Of a stretch of DNA of 64,000 bases, positions 12,701 through 24,688 are shown piece after piece. A model generated the notes under the pieces. That model did no database searches and was not told where the DNA came from. It worked only from the letters and a program-made list of their open reading frames with translations. Positions within the stretch are counted from its first letter, which is position 1; the number at the start of each line of letters is the position of its first letter. The DNA is taken from positions 1 to 64,000 of the forward strand of contig NMRA01000330.1 in NCBI GenBank assembly GCA_002633005.1, read 5' to 3'. The DNA comes from Phoronis australis. Taxonomy: Eukaryota > Animalia > Phoronida. The position numbers were made by a program, and so were the translations under genes.

Positions 12701-14339
12701 TACGGGACACCTACTGATCTCTACCCAGATTCCAATTTTTTGTAAACGTCGTCACTTACTACATATAAGTCACTATCTGCACCGCACTGGGATTGCCGTG
12801 TCGCAGAACCTATCGAAGCTTCCTACAGTCGGTTCCTCAGTCTTCAAAGGCAATGCCCTTAATCGACCATTGTACAAGATTAAAAAAAGAAAAAAGAAAA
12901 AAGCATGAACACAGTCCAACATGACAATACATTGGCAAATATCACGTATACACCAACACTTCTTTACAGCCAAGATTATTAAAAAAACACGGTTTACAGC
13001 TATTGTTAAAGTTCTAGTATTAAAGTATTTCCTAAAATACTGAGTCTTCAGGTGACAGCTGTGTCGACATCCGAAGCCCTGCGAACAAGTGGAGGTAAAG
13101 CACGCCACAATGGAGTCCCAACCACCGACAAATCCTGCGTCACATCAAATTCCAGGGTGCAGCTTTACTAATACAAAACGCCAGTCGGTGAGCAAATGTT
13201 GCTTAATGAATAATCCACATTCGTCCCGAATCCTCCCGAGAGAGGTGACACAACGTTGAATCCGTTGTCATTCAGCCGGACATGGTAACAAAACAACCCC
13301 GCTCGGCTTGTCAACGTATGAGACTCGGGTATTGTTCCTACGGCAAGCACGCAGAGACTCTGTCGCCAGCCGAAGCCGAGCGCTAGACATGCATGCGGCG
13401 AGGTCCTATTGTCCCAGCGGAACGGAACAATAAGACGATCTGGGCTCACGCAATGGTTGTTGTTTTCGTGTTGTTGACACGTTAGGTCTTGACACTTCTG
13501 CTCATAATTTCGCCTACAAATATGCTGATCCGGCGGGAAGCGAGCATCGCCGCAGTTTTTTTTTTTGGCATGAAAAGATACCAAAATTGTTCCCACGAGG
13601 GGACGAGGCCTAATATGTTGATCCTTAACAGATTGTCCGCAACGGTCTTTTTGGGTTAGGCTTATATTGATTAAAGATACATGTCGCAGCTCCACCTTGT
13701 GGGAGTAATTATATCGATAGCACAAAACTTAATTTGTGTCGTATACAGGTATAGCAAATGGCAAGGGATTGGCTTAAGATTAACCAGTATAGGCATTGCA
13801 TATAATTGAGAGAGGTGGAAATATTTTTACATTCTACGTTTGTGTGTTGAAAAATGCTTTTTTGTTTCCTTTTCCTAATACCAAAAACGAACAGCAGCGT
13901 CATTCAAATTTCGTAAAGCCGTGTTCCTAAGTAATGCTTTTCAGCATCATGTCATTTTTTAAAATAAGACTTAACGAACAGTATAGTTTTGAATTTGTAA
14001 TGGTCAACCGTGCACATGTGCAGTCAAACTTTTGAAAAGTCGAAATTTAAGTAAGAAAAAATAGTGACGGGTATCGGTATTGAAACTACTTTACAAAAAA
14101 GTATGTTGTGTATTAGGAAAAAGGGCAAGGGGGTCCTGAAAATGAATGCAAGTAAGTCACACTATTTTTTCTGCAAAGTAAATGATTCCATTGCGTTTTT
14201 AATTACTGATTATTTTGGATAAACTTAGTTATATTTTGTTTTATCAATATTTTATATTTTTATAATATCCAAGTTAGTATTATAACTAACTCCAAATTAG
14301 GATTTGTTGATGCCACTATTAACAATTAGACAAAGACAG

Positions 14340-14680
14340 TGTTACATTTTGTGATTTTCTCACATTTAGTGACTCTTTTACACTTTCTGACTCTCTCACA
14401 ATTTCTGACTACCGCAAACTTTGATGATTCTCCTACAGTTTGTGACTCTTTTACACGTCGTGACTATCTTACACTTTGTGACTTTCTTACACGTCGTGAC
14501 TATCTTACACTTTGTGACTTTCTTACACACTGTGACTACCTCAGACTTTGAAGACTCTCCTAAGCTTTGTGACTCTCTCACACTTTGTGACTCTCTCGCA
14601 CTTTGTGACTCTATGGCACTTTGTGACTCTCACACTTTGTGACTATCTCACTTTTAGTCAATCTCCTACACTTCGTGACG
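14340..14680. repeat. 18-bp minisatellite (about 19 degenerate units) with a 36-bp higher-order duplication
   Basis: Unit approximately CACTTTGTGACTCTCTCA; explains the repetitive ORFs at 14339-14642. Confidence 0.9.
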
Positions 14681-15033
14681 CTTTTGCTTTCGCCACAATG
14701 CGTCAGTTATAGTGTGTTGACGTTCTGTAAATGAAAACAATTTGGCTGAGGAGTTCATCTTTTCCATGTTACTTCTTTACTATCGGTAGCTGTCGGAAGA
14801 CCCGGAAGCAGCGTGTGAACAGCACTATAATTAATATTATTGGCAATCTTGCAACAATTGTAATGCTACGATGGTCGATTGCATTGTGGTCGGTCAAGAC
14901 GGAAACGTTCACAGTTCGTATTTGTTTCTGAAAGCCATGGTAATTGCTGCTTGCATCCATGTGCAGTTCAATAAATTCACTGAATGTATCAAAAGATATA
15001 AACTTTAATTCTCATTCGCAGCACTCTGACGTG

Positions 15034-15174
15034 CGTTCAGTGGACGCTAGGACCTACGCTAGGACCTAGCTAAAACCTAGTCAAAATCACGTGCTCTAAA
15101 TTAAAATACACGGCAATATCTCACGTAATCTTGCGAATTCTTGCTTTTTAGCGAGGTCCTAGCGTTACTGAACG
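15034..15174. mobile_element. MITE family A, copy 3 (best preserved)
   Basis: TIRs CGTTCAGTGGACGCTAGGACCT / AGGTCCTAGCGTTACTGAACG. Confidence 0.75.
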
Positions 15175-18100
15175 GGAGACAGATTTTTCTTGTAAAAGCT
15201 TCAAGGTTTATAAACCCGGCAACCGCTATTGCGTAAAAATGCTTCCGTTTTCATAGCAAATTTAACGTGGGAAACATTTCAAACAATTGAGATCGACAGT
15301 TACAAACAAAAATATCTCTTCAGTGCTTCTAACGGTCTCGTGAATGGTTACATTTTTCAAAACATATTCTGATGTAGCGATGGTACAAAACTTGAACACA
15401 CATTAATTCAGTGCTAGACATTTTTCATTGAAAAGCGATTAGTAAAATTTCACTTGTCGGCCATGTTGTGTCCTAAATAGTTGAGATTTTAACGCGTTGC
15501 AAGAAATGATTTTACGCCATTCCACCGGGGGCCCTCCTATGTATCGTTGTTGTAATCGTAGTAGGGTTCACCAAATACAGGAAACGAGTTCCTATAGTTA
15601 AGCGAATATTGTTTGCGTTTAATCCTCTTTACTCCACGAATCGACATTGATACAGAAACGCACCTGATAATACGACATCGGACGTTGAAGTGAACGCCGT
15701 ACATGTTTTCCCAGTTTTTTCCAAAGAAATCTAGCTTTCGTTTCCATTTTCGACATTGCATCGAATCATGTATCGGTCGAAGCCTCTTCTCATTCCCGGC
15801 CACATTTCAGTCATTGTAAGAACGAGCACCGTGTAAAACAGCAAATGTTGGCATATCCAGTCTAACGTCAAAATATAGTGACAAGAAAACGTTAAAACTT
15901 CACATGAACTTGACGCGAACTTTTCTATCCGCCCGTTTGTCTCAGTGACGTACAGCGCGTCAATGCCTCAACTGGTTTCTGACAGTATTTCTGTCGAGAT
16001 CAACATTAAAACATCCACACGTAGGACAGAAATGATAGAAATTAATTTGACAATTACCTACAATTTTGTTATCGTTATAGCCATTATGTAATTACTTTAA
16101 TACTCTGAACCAAACATATATAATGCCCTATTTAAGCGGGGTGTCGTATAACGCGCAAAACAACAACGGGTGCGACTACAACGTATTTCCCTATAACTCT
16201 TGATCTGCAGGTTTATATTGCAGCATTTTTTTCAAATTCATTCGAAGTCAACCTTTTATCCCCAGAATTATGATTTATTAGCCGACAAGATGACTAATGG
16301 AAATCCAATTACTCTTATTTGATTGGACTCCGCCAAATCAACAATTTCGTTGTGAAACTACACACAATATACTGGTTCGCTGATTCGTTCTATGAACGCC
16401 GTCAGCTGACTGTTGAGCTGCTTCTGAAAAAACACTTGAAAACATAACTTCACTCATTCTTTATTTTGAAAAACATAAACGTAAACACGAGATCCGATTA
16501 CGACCAGGCCATATGCCTGCACTGGGAACAAACAATAAATGGCCGAACAAGACTGGTATTGTTCTAAGCGTTGTGTCTGCTCAGATGAGAGCAGTGAACA
16601 GGTGTCCAGGGAGGTCCTAGTTGGTGATTCGTCCCCCATCCGCCGTACGGAGAGCTGGCACATGCCTACGCCATCATCCGGGTACCATGACGAGTATTGC
16701 GCAGGCGTGACTCAAATTCAGTGTAAACAATTTCCATCAGGGCTGATTAGCGAGAACGATAATTAGAAGATATGAGTTGATAGAAAGATGATAAAAAATA
16801 TCAAATATAAAGCTTAAGAAGTGTGCGCGAGTCAGTTTCCGTTGTTTATTTTTAGTTCTTGGAGGAATTCAGAAGTGAAAACGACAACATCACCACAATA
16901 AAATATAAAATTGTTTTACATATGTTTTAGAAACTCCTTGAATGAAATTAAAGGAAGATAGTCGGTAAGTCAAATGGAGCACAGTCAAAAAAATACGTAT
17001 ACGTCAGCAACGAATCAGGATATTAAGTCTGGGATCAACTTTTTAAATTTGTTTATTTTTAGATATGCGATTTAAAAATCATGGCGTGCCCATTGCCATG
17101 GAGACGCAAACTATTGAATTAAAACCGAAATTACGTGCTCCTATATTATGACGAAAAGGGTCTACTTTTTAGCAGGTTTTAGAAATTATTACACTCAAAG
17201 ATTCGCATGAGTGGGTCACAGAAGTATGCACGAACAAGTTTGTAGACAGTCTTTTGAAATCGCCTTCATAAACCAATGTCTGCTTTATTGAATAAATAAG
17301 GTTATTATCTAAAGATCTCTAACCATCGTCAGATAACAGTGAATAGTTATTTACGATGTAAATACGACTACTGCTAATGTAAACCTAGGCACGTGGGCCG
17401 GTATTGTGCTGTGATAAAGTGTCGAATTAATCCCATATTAACAAGTCGTAATGACAAAGGCGAGAGAAATAATGTAGAATGTGTTTGGATTGACTATAAA
17501 ACACTTGCTGCACTCGTGTCAACCACTTTAACGACCTCTGCCGGACTATGACTGGATGCTGTGTTCCTTATATTGAAGGGACGATTCAGCCGCATCCCGT
17601 GTCAAAAACATTTTTATTTAGGTGACTTGCTGTTATAAAATTGGCCTCATGTTCTTCCTTATTTCGATTAGAAATGTTTCCAAGGATTGAGAAGTTCTGA
17701 CAGGTCGTCATTGCTTGAGACCACGCGCATTAGTTGTTTGTCACGGAGGGTGAGTCTCACTCGCCAACATAGTATGCCGGTCAGGAGAATTCCAGGCGAG
17801 TTACTGTAAGCAAGTTCAATTCAAACAAAGAACGTTTTGGATCTGAAAATACCCCTGCAAAGAAAATTGATGTTTTCAACGACAGAATATGGGCGTTTAT
17901 GGTGGCTTCAAATTAACTTTCAATATTTGTCCCGGTTATTTGGTATGCTGTTCCAAGCTTCCGCAAAATGCACATGGCGCGCGCACTGACGTTGATACCC
18001 ATACGTCAGAGACATAAAAAGGAATTTCTCGTGATTGCAGGTGGTAAAATTGCCCTAGAGGGTAAAAGCATTGTTGCTTTTGAAGGTATAAAAATTTAAG

Positions 18101-18249
18101 AATTTTAACCCTTTATGAAAGTGAAAAACCAATAGTAACAATCAGTGTTATCCATAGAGTCGCGTTATCGTTTATAGAGGCAAGTCATAATTGTTTTATA
18201 CCACAAGTCACAAGTTAATTCCACAAGATTTTGGTGAATATTTTGTATT

Positions 18250-18550
18250 TTTTCCTCAGACGCGTTCTTTGTATTGTTCGTGGCGCCCGCTACTCTCCTC
18301 GAGTGCCTCACAAGAAATTGAATTTTAATAGAAAGTCTATCTGAGTGTGTTCACCGAAGGTTTCCGGACAATACAATGGAGATGATACAATATAGTTTAT
18401 GAATAAATCCGAGCCCGCCCTCTGCCTTGAAGCTTTTCTTTCATTCATATTGGTTTTGTAAGGCTTGGTAGAACAGAAGCTGGGATGTGGCGCCAACGAG
18501 CCGAAATGATTCACCAATGTCGTCTGCTACACTGACGGTGTCGTCTGATC
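18250..18550 (+). promoter_or_regulatory. Candidate BMP/Smad-responsive enhancer of Dlx
   Basis: TGGCGCC at 18281-18287 and 18488-18494; Smad-binding CAGAC at 18257-18261 and GTCTG at 18522-18526 and 18543-18547. Confidence 0.45.
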
Positions 18551-18959
18551 ATCACTCAAAACCGACTACATACACGGGAATGGTATCACTAAAATGGACA
18601 ACAATATAATTTCATTCAGTCGCTTAGATGCTCCATTTAATTCCATTGCCAATATTCGATTTCTACCTTGCCGCCTCAGTGACTGTTCATAGTAAAAAGA
18701 TACCTCGCAAATTTGCATAACATAAGGTATGGCTGTATGAATTTATGAAACCACAAAAGCAAACTGTTCACGTTCGATCAAATTTTAATTTATAAATATA
18801 CATCAGTTATTAGTACACATCACGACATACGTGTTTACACTTGGTGTTTGAGTTTCGAGAAAAAGTCGCTCTCCTTTTAGTCACTTTATTCAGAGAACAA
18901 CTGCCACTTTCTTGACATAGGCGTCATGACACAATAGAAATCCGGATCAATTATTTACG

Positions 18960-19030
18960 GTTTGTCCAATCAGAGCCCGTTTCCGACACGTGGGCGGAGC
19001 CAGGCCCCAGCGGGGTTGTACACAAATAGT
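18960..19030 (+). promoter_or_regulatory. Dlx proximal promoter
   Basis: CCAAT 18966-18970, E-box CACGTG 18987-18992 and GC box GGGCGG 18992-18997, 150-180 bp upstream of the Dlx ATG. Confidence 0.6.
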
Positions 19031-19146
19031 TGGCATGACGGGAACACTACAAGACATTTAATCTAGTCATCTTACGGAGCAGGTACCCACTAAATACTCC
19101 GGTAATTATTGTGCAAAATTACGCATAAATAATTCAAGATTGAAAC

Positions 19147-19435
19147 ATGTTGAGTGCGGCTGCAATGGAGAGTTTGGAACAGGATATGAGCAAATCGGCC
19201 TTTATGGAAATTCAACAACAACAGATGAGCATGACTACTAACCCGTACGGACAGTCGCTTCGGTCCTCCTACCCCGGCCAGTACGTTCAACCCGAGTATG
19301 CCCCGGCCCCACATAGCCGGTATAGCTACCCCTTCAGTATGAACTCAATGTCGATGTCTCACGGAGCCTACACCCCACCGGCCCATCCGTTCCCGATGAA
19401 CCCCTACCACACAGCGTCTCCGATAGGCAGGGAAG
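19147..19435 (+). CDS. Dlx: Dlx coding exon 1
   Basis: AAACATG start; conserved Dll/Dlx N-terminal motif SKSAFMEI and a Tyr/Pro-rich region (YSYPF); donor G|GTAAG, phase 1. Confidence 0.93.
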
Positions 19436-22400
19436 GTAAGAAGATTGTTTATTTTTACCTCTATTCATTAGTTCACCTCCATTCACGGTTAGTCATCCGT
19501 AAGGTCGTAGACAGTCATCAGTGTAGTTTACAAGGAAAGTCAACGTTCTATTGTGACATTCACCGTACATAGGTAGAGATGGCTCTTGCTTAGGACTTAT
19601 ATAATCTGACCTAACTGGAATTTTAATTAATTACACTCGTATTCAATCCAAATAAAACACTTACCCAGATGTGCTCACAGATTTGCTGTATTATTAAACC
19701 AAAATGATGCAGTTTACCGTTAAACGGCATAATTCGCACAAGATTATCACAATCTTCCCTAAATGTTTTAATTGGAAAATTAGAACTAATACACCACGTC
19801 CGCGATCATGATGGCTCGTTTTTCTACGACGTACGTTCCAACCGTGGTCGATAATGCTGCTCATTTCGCATTAACGTTCACACCAGCTCCCTCATTATAC
19901 GATTTAATTGTATTTAGTCATATTTCATGTTTAGCTTCACAATGTGTGATTTTTCATTTTTATTTCGACTCTTAACCCCGTAATTTGCAGGAGAACGGGT
20001 ACTTAATCCGATTTCATAATTTTTAGGCACTAGTGGATTTTATTCAATTTTTGGTCAAAGAAAATATTTTCATGACGTGATCACTTATGCAAGAGTGTTC
20101 GACGTCATTGAATTATTAAAATGACAGAAAGCCTTGCTGTTTCACTAGTCAATACATGTTTTGCAATTTCAGCATATCTTAGTGTAAGCTCTGGCTGAAC
20201 AAAACACGAATTAAAACCGTTGTTTCGCTGTAGCGTCCATTTCAAGTATGAAATATTTTTATTGCCGGGTACTTCTTGAGTAAAAATCCAAACATGGTAT
20301 AAATGACGTAATGTTCTCGTTTGCTACTCTTGCTTTCTGTTAATTCACAAAGACAACGCATTATTTACATTTGCGGGCATTACACAATCATTTTACACCA
20401 AACTGATGAAAATAAGATTCACTATACGTCACTCTTTCACCCAGTTGTCCTGTATCATACAAAGTTCCGGCTCTTGAAACACGTTGATGAGTTTTAAACA
20501 TGGCTCTGAGCTCTTATGTACCACTATTCAACATTGTTTCATCCAACTGTCTTGTAAAGTATACACGGCTCAAGACTTTAAACACAACTCCGGGTTTTTT
20601 TAACATGGTGGAGCACGGTGTTTTAATACATGTAGGGAGATAACTGTTCAACATCACTGTCACCGGCACGTCACCACTCAGGTCTGAATATTGTTTGAAA
20701 ACGTTTCTCAGAGCAACAGTTTTCCAGAATAATGTCGCATTTAACCTCAACTGTTTAAGTTTACAAAATGTGGAGAAACCTTAACAGTGAGTTATGTATA
20801 TACCCCCGTTGATATGACAAAGTTTTCATGTTATCAACAGCGCAATATGGTGGTTTATAGACAAAAGTTCGACTAGAACAAATTATTCTAAGCACAGTTC
20901 CGCTGTTTCACTGAATCGGCTCACCACCGAATGTACGCATGGCATAAAACAAACTTCATAGACATAAAGTGACACTGCTGGTTATCACGTGGCAGACTGC
21001 GCGTGCAAGTTACGTGGAATATGATGGTACCTGTTTTAGAGAATTCGGAAGTTTGTTAATTACCAATTTCGTCAAACTTGCAAGTAAAGAGTAATGCTCA
21101 CTCAAGCCTGATGGAGTCTTGCGTAATACATGGTAGTAGATCGTCGTAATAGTGTTTGCAGGAATCGCTCAAGTAAATGTGTATTGAAAGTAATCTAAAT
21201 TACAAATTAAAAGAATGACTGTCATTAGTCGGCTTCCATTATTGGTGAAACTAGCAAGTCTTTGACTTTGACAGGTATTTGGTACTTAAGACGAAAAAGA
21301 CTATTTCGTTATTGTTTATTCTAAGTCAATATTCAGCGAAAAGTTTGATAAAATGTTGATGGGTTTAACAATGACGTCGCACTAATTGCCGTTTTATTTT
21401 TTCAATGATAAATTGAAGCGAAGAAAATGTAATTAGAAAATTCACTGATGCATCTCGAACAACTAGTTTCATTCAACTATACTGTCAGCCTCTCTGGCGA
21501 TGCTTACACGAAGTAATGGGTGAAAAGCACAAGTGTACATTAAACATTCACGCTGGGATATGCCGGTATATTTGGTACGAAAGCGAAACGTGGTTGTACA
21601 CATTATTATAACCCTTCGACAATTCTCAAGCTTGTCCATACAAATGTGCAATGGTTGGCCGATGCTGTGACAGTTGGTGCGAACAGATTGAAAGTCGCCC
21701 AACGCGGGTACATCTGCGGGTGTATTCTGTGTTAGGATTCACGAACACAAACGCATAAAGCCCACCTGCGGTGCATTGGCAGGCAGTTGCCACGCTGTTG
21801 TTTTCTACGATTTGACACGATTTCCATGTCTCTCTCGCATAACTTCTAAGAAATGAGAACGGTCAAACAAACGAGCTGATAAAATCGACAGAAAACTACC
21901 TTCTGTATTTCAGAATAATAAAAAAGAAACAACACTCATTACCGTCAAATTTTCCGTATGATCGGGGTGAGAAAATGAAACTGCCAGTACATATGTTTGA
22001 GACTAGTGCATTTTTTGCCTTTATCACTAATATCAAAAATTAGAATCGTGCGGGTTTGCCATGTGTCTTAAATTGTCCTTTTTGTTGTTAACAGAAGAAC
22101 AATTATTACAATACATGACACCGCTGGCGATAACGAAGAAATATTGAAAATGTTTTCCTACCCGTATTCAAACTTATGCTGCACACGCCTTCCGAAGACA
22201 CACAAAATATTAATTAAGGTTTAACACGTTGTTAAGATTCTCATAAGTGTTTTAACGCGCCATTCTCAAACGACCTGTTGCGTCTGCTAATTGGCAGAAA
22301 TTAATTGAAAAATTATTGCTTCAATTGATTATTTCGTTCATTAACCGCCTAATAAAATATTAATCACTGACTAGGGATTGGGTTTTTACAAATTCACAAT

Positions 22401-24512
22401 TTTTACATACTATACTTGAAATATCGAGATAAAGATTATTTTCATTTTGTGAAATGGGTATTTATGTTAAAATTCAATGTTCTGTGGTTTGATTTTCTCT
22501 AGGTATTGCGTCATGAAGCAAAAACAATATTTGGTTATCTTTTAATGCTCAAACACAGCTAAAGTTTTGTTTTGCGAAGTCAACCCAACTAATGGTGTGT
22601 CCTGTATTTTTTCTGTTCATCAACTTAATATTTGTTGTGTAAATTTTCCACTATTCCCTTGCTTTAAATTCGATGTTACAATAAATATTGGACAATCCTC
22701 TCAACTGTTAGCGGTGTGTAATGATCAGTCTCCAGACACGGTGATTGAGGAGTTGTTGTTCACGACCAACTCCTGTTTTCCACGGGAGACATTTGGCTCT
22801 TGAACTACTGATCACGATATTGTTTATGTTGAACCAGATAAAGCAAAGTTTCTGCTCTAGCGCACTTCACGTGAACAAACTTAGGATGGTAAAATTTACC
22901 TAGTTTTAATTACATTCTAAACACACAAAAACGTTGTCGTTTTAAGGAACCTGGAGCGACTTTTGTGCATTTTGACCTTGTGTCTGTCTTTTATGGAATT
23001 TAAATATTTTTGACTTGACAAGTGGGATAATTGCGTCACTCTCAAACTATTGTTCACAGTGTCAATTTGACTCCAGGTAGCGTGACATCGCTCCTGTTAC
23101 CCACATTGACGCAACAGGACCCATCACGCGAAACGCGAATAACGCATTGAAGCGGTAATGTGCGAAGCTAGGACCATTATCACGTGACGTTTAAGAAAAT
23201 TTGGCGTTGGTCCGTTTTATAAAAAAATGCCAGGCCTGCATTTTATCTCCTCCGGCAGCACTCTTTTTGTTCTCGTCACGTGCGTGTGCTTGATCGATTG
23301 TCGAAGTAAAGCTTAACCGCACCATAAATTGTGACTGCAGATTGGATGGCAGCTGCCGTGAGTGAGCAGTTGACGTAATTGGGCAATGGTGGCCTTATGT
23401 GCATACGGGAGAACTGAGATAAGAAAAGCGAGTACGTCGCAAACTTCATAGGCAACTATAGTATTCCCACATTTTATCATTATAAACAACTTAATAAAGT
23501 TTTGGTCCAACGACGTTGTTCTTTTGTGTAAAAGTTTACCCTCAATGACGTTTTTCCTACAAGAAATTTTGGCAATCCCTGACATGAGAGTATGCTTGGA
23601 TTTCCCCCACAATAAATACAATGATCTACTTGTATCTAGAGGTTATAATTTTTTGAACAATTGAACACTTAGCGTTTTTCTTCGCTGGCACTAGGTTGAC
23701 AATTGGCCTAAAACGCATCCGTCGACTGTCTTCAATATTATTGTAATATTCTGTGATCACTGTGTTTCCTGGAACTGGCCCTGTGAAGGGATAGTACCGG
23801 TGAACCAGGTGAATGGCGAACTGGTGGCGTCGGGATTTCTTGATAGCCGACAAATATTGTGGTCATTAGAGGGGAAATAAAAACAAACAACACGTCTTGT
23901 TACGAAGAAGGCAACTCCAACGCAACGAGTTTTCTCAAATTAAAAGAGTCCCTGTCATGGTATCATAATATTGATGTTTACGAGAGCGCAAAATTCACGT
24001 ATACTATGCCGTTCTTTTCGGTGGTAATCTGCTTATAAAACCGATCTCACCCGAGCATGAAATCGAGAACCAGGTATTAAAAGGCGGATTGTCCTCTTAC
24101 GTCTGTCACGTCCGTGTAAGACGCATTGTGCAGGAGGATAGAGTTTTGATAAGAATTTAGCCTGATTATACTGAGTAGCTCGTATGGCAGCTCAACATGC
24201 GATGGCTCTGAGGGTGTCCTTATGTATGACGACAAGGGGATTTAACGCGGGACAGTTTATCACACCTCAAAGACGAGTGACAAAACGGTCAGACATCGCC
24301 ACGTCTGCCCATGTCTGTTCCCATAAACGAAATTGTGAACCAGCGTATGACCAAATATTGGAGCATAATGAAATCCGAATGATAGAAAGTATTTTCGAGT
24401 ACTATAAAATCAATCCGTGCTCTTCACAACGAAATGATAACCGCATTACACCCGACCATCCCTACTAATTTTAATATGTCTATTAATCCTTGAGTTAACC
24501 TTTCTTCTTCAG

Positions 24513-24688
24513 AAAAATCCGACGACCAACTAAGGCTAAATGGAAAAGGAAAGAAAATGCGCAAACCGCGCACGATATATTCTAGTCTTCAACTTCAACA
24601 GCTCAATCGACGCTTCCAGCGCACCCAGTACCTAGCCTTGCCCGAGAGGGCCCAGTTGGCGGCCTCGCTAGGTTTGACACAGACCCAG
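24513..24688 (+). CDS. Dlx: Dlx coding exon 2 (homeodomain residues 1-44); absent from the ORF track
   Basis: Acceptor tttcttcttcag|; translates (E)[58 protein letters not shown]; donor CAG|GTACGT. Confidence 0.97.

Noticed and set aside
13168-13725. 185-aa minus-strand ORF as a protein-coding gene
   Set aside because: Non-ATG start, no recognisable domain, composition typical of a chance ORF in locally GC-richer DNA.
14339-14642. Repetitive Cys-Asp ORFs
   Set aside because: Translations of the 18-bp minisatellite, open in several frames on both strands.
19436-19572. C-terminal extension of ORF 19147-19572
   Set aside because: Read-through into intron 1 past a consensus GTAAG donor.
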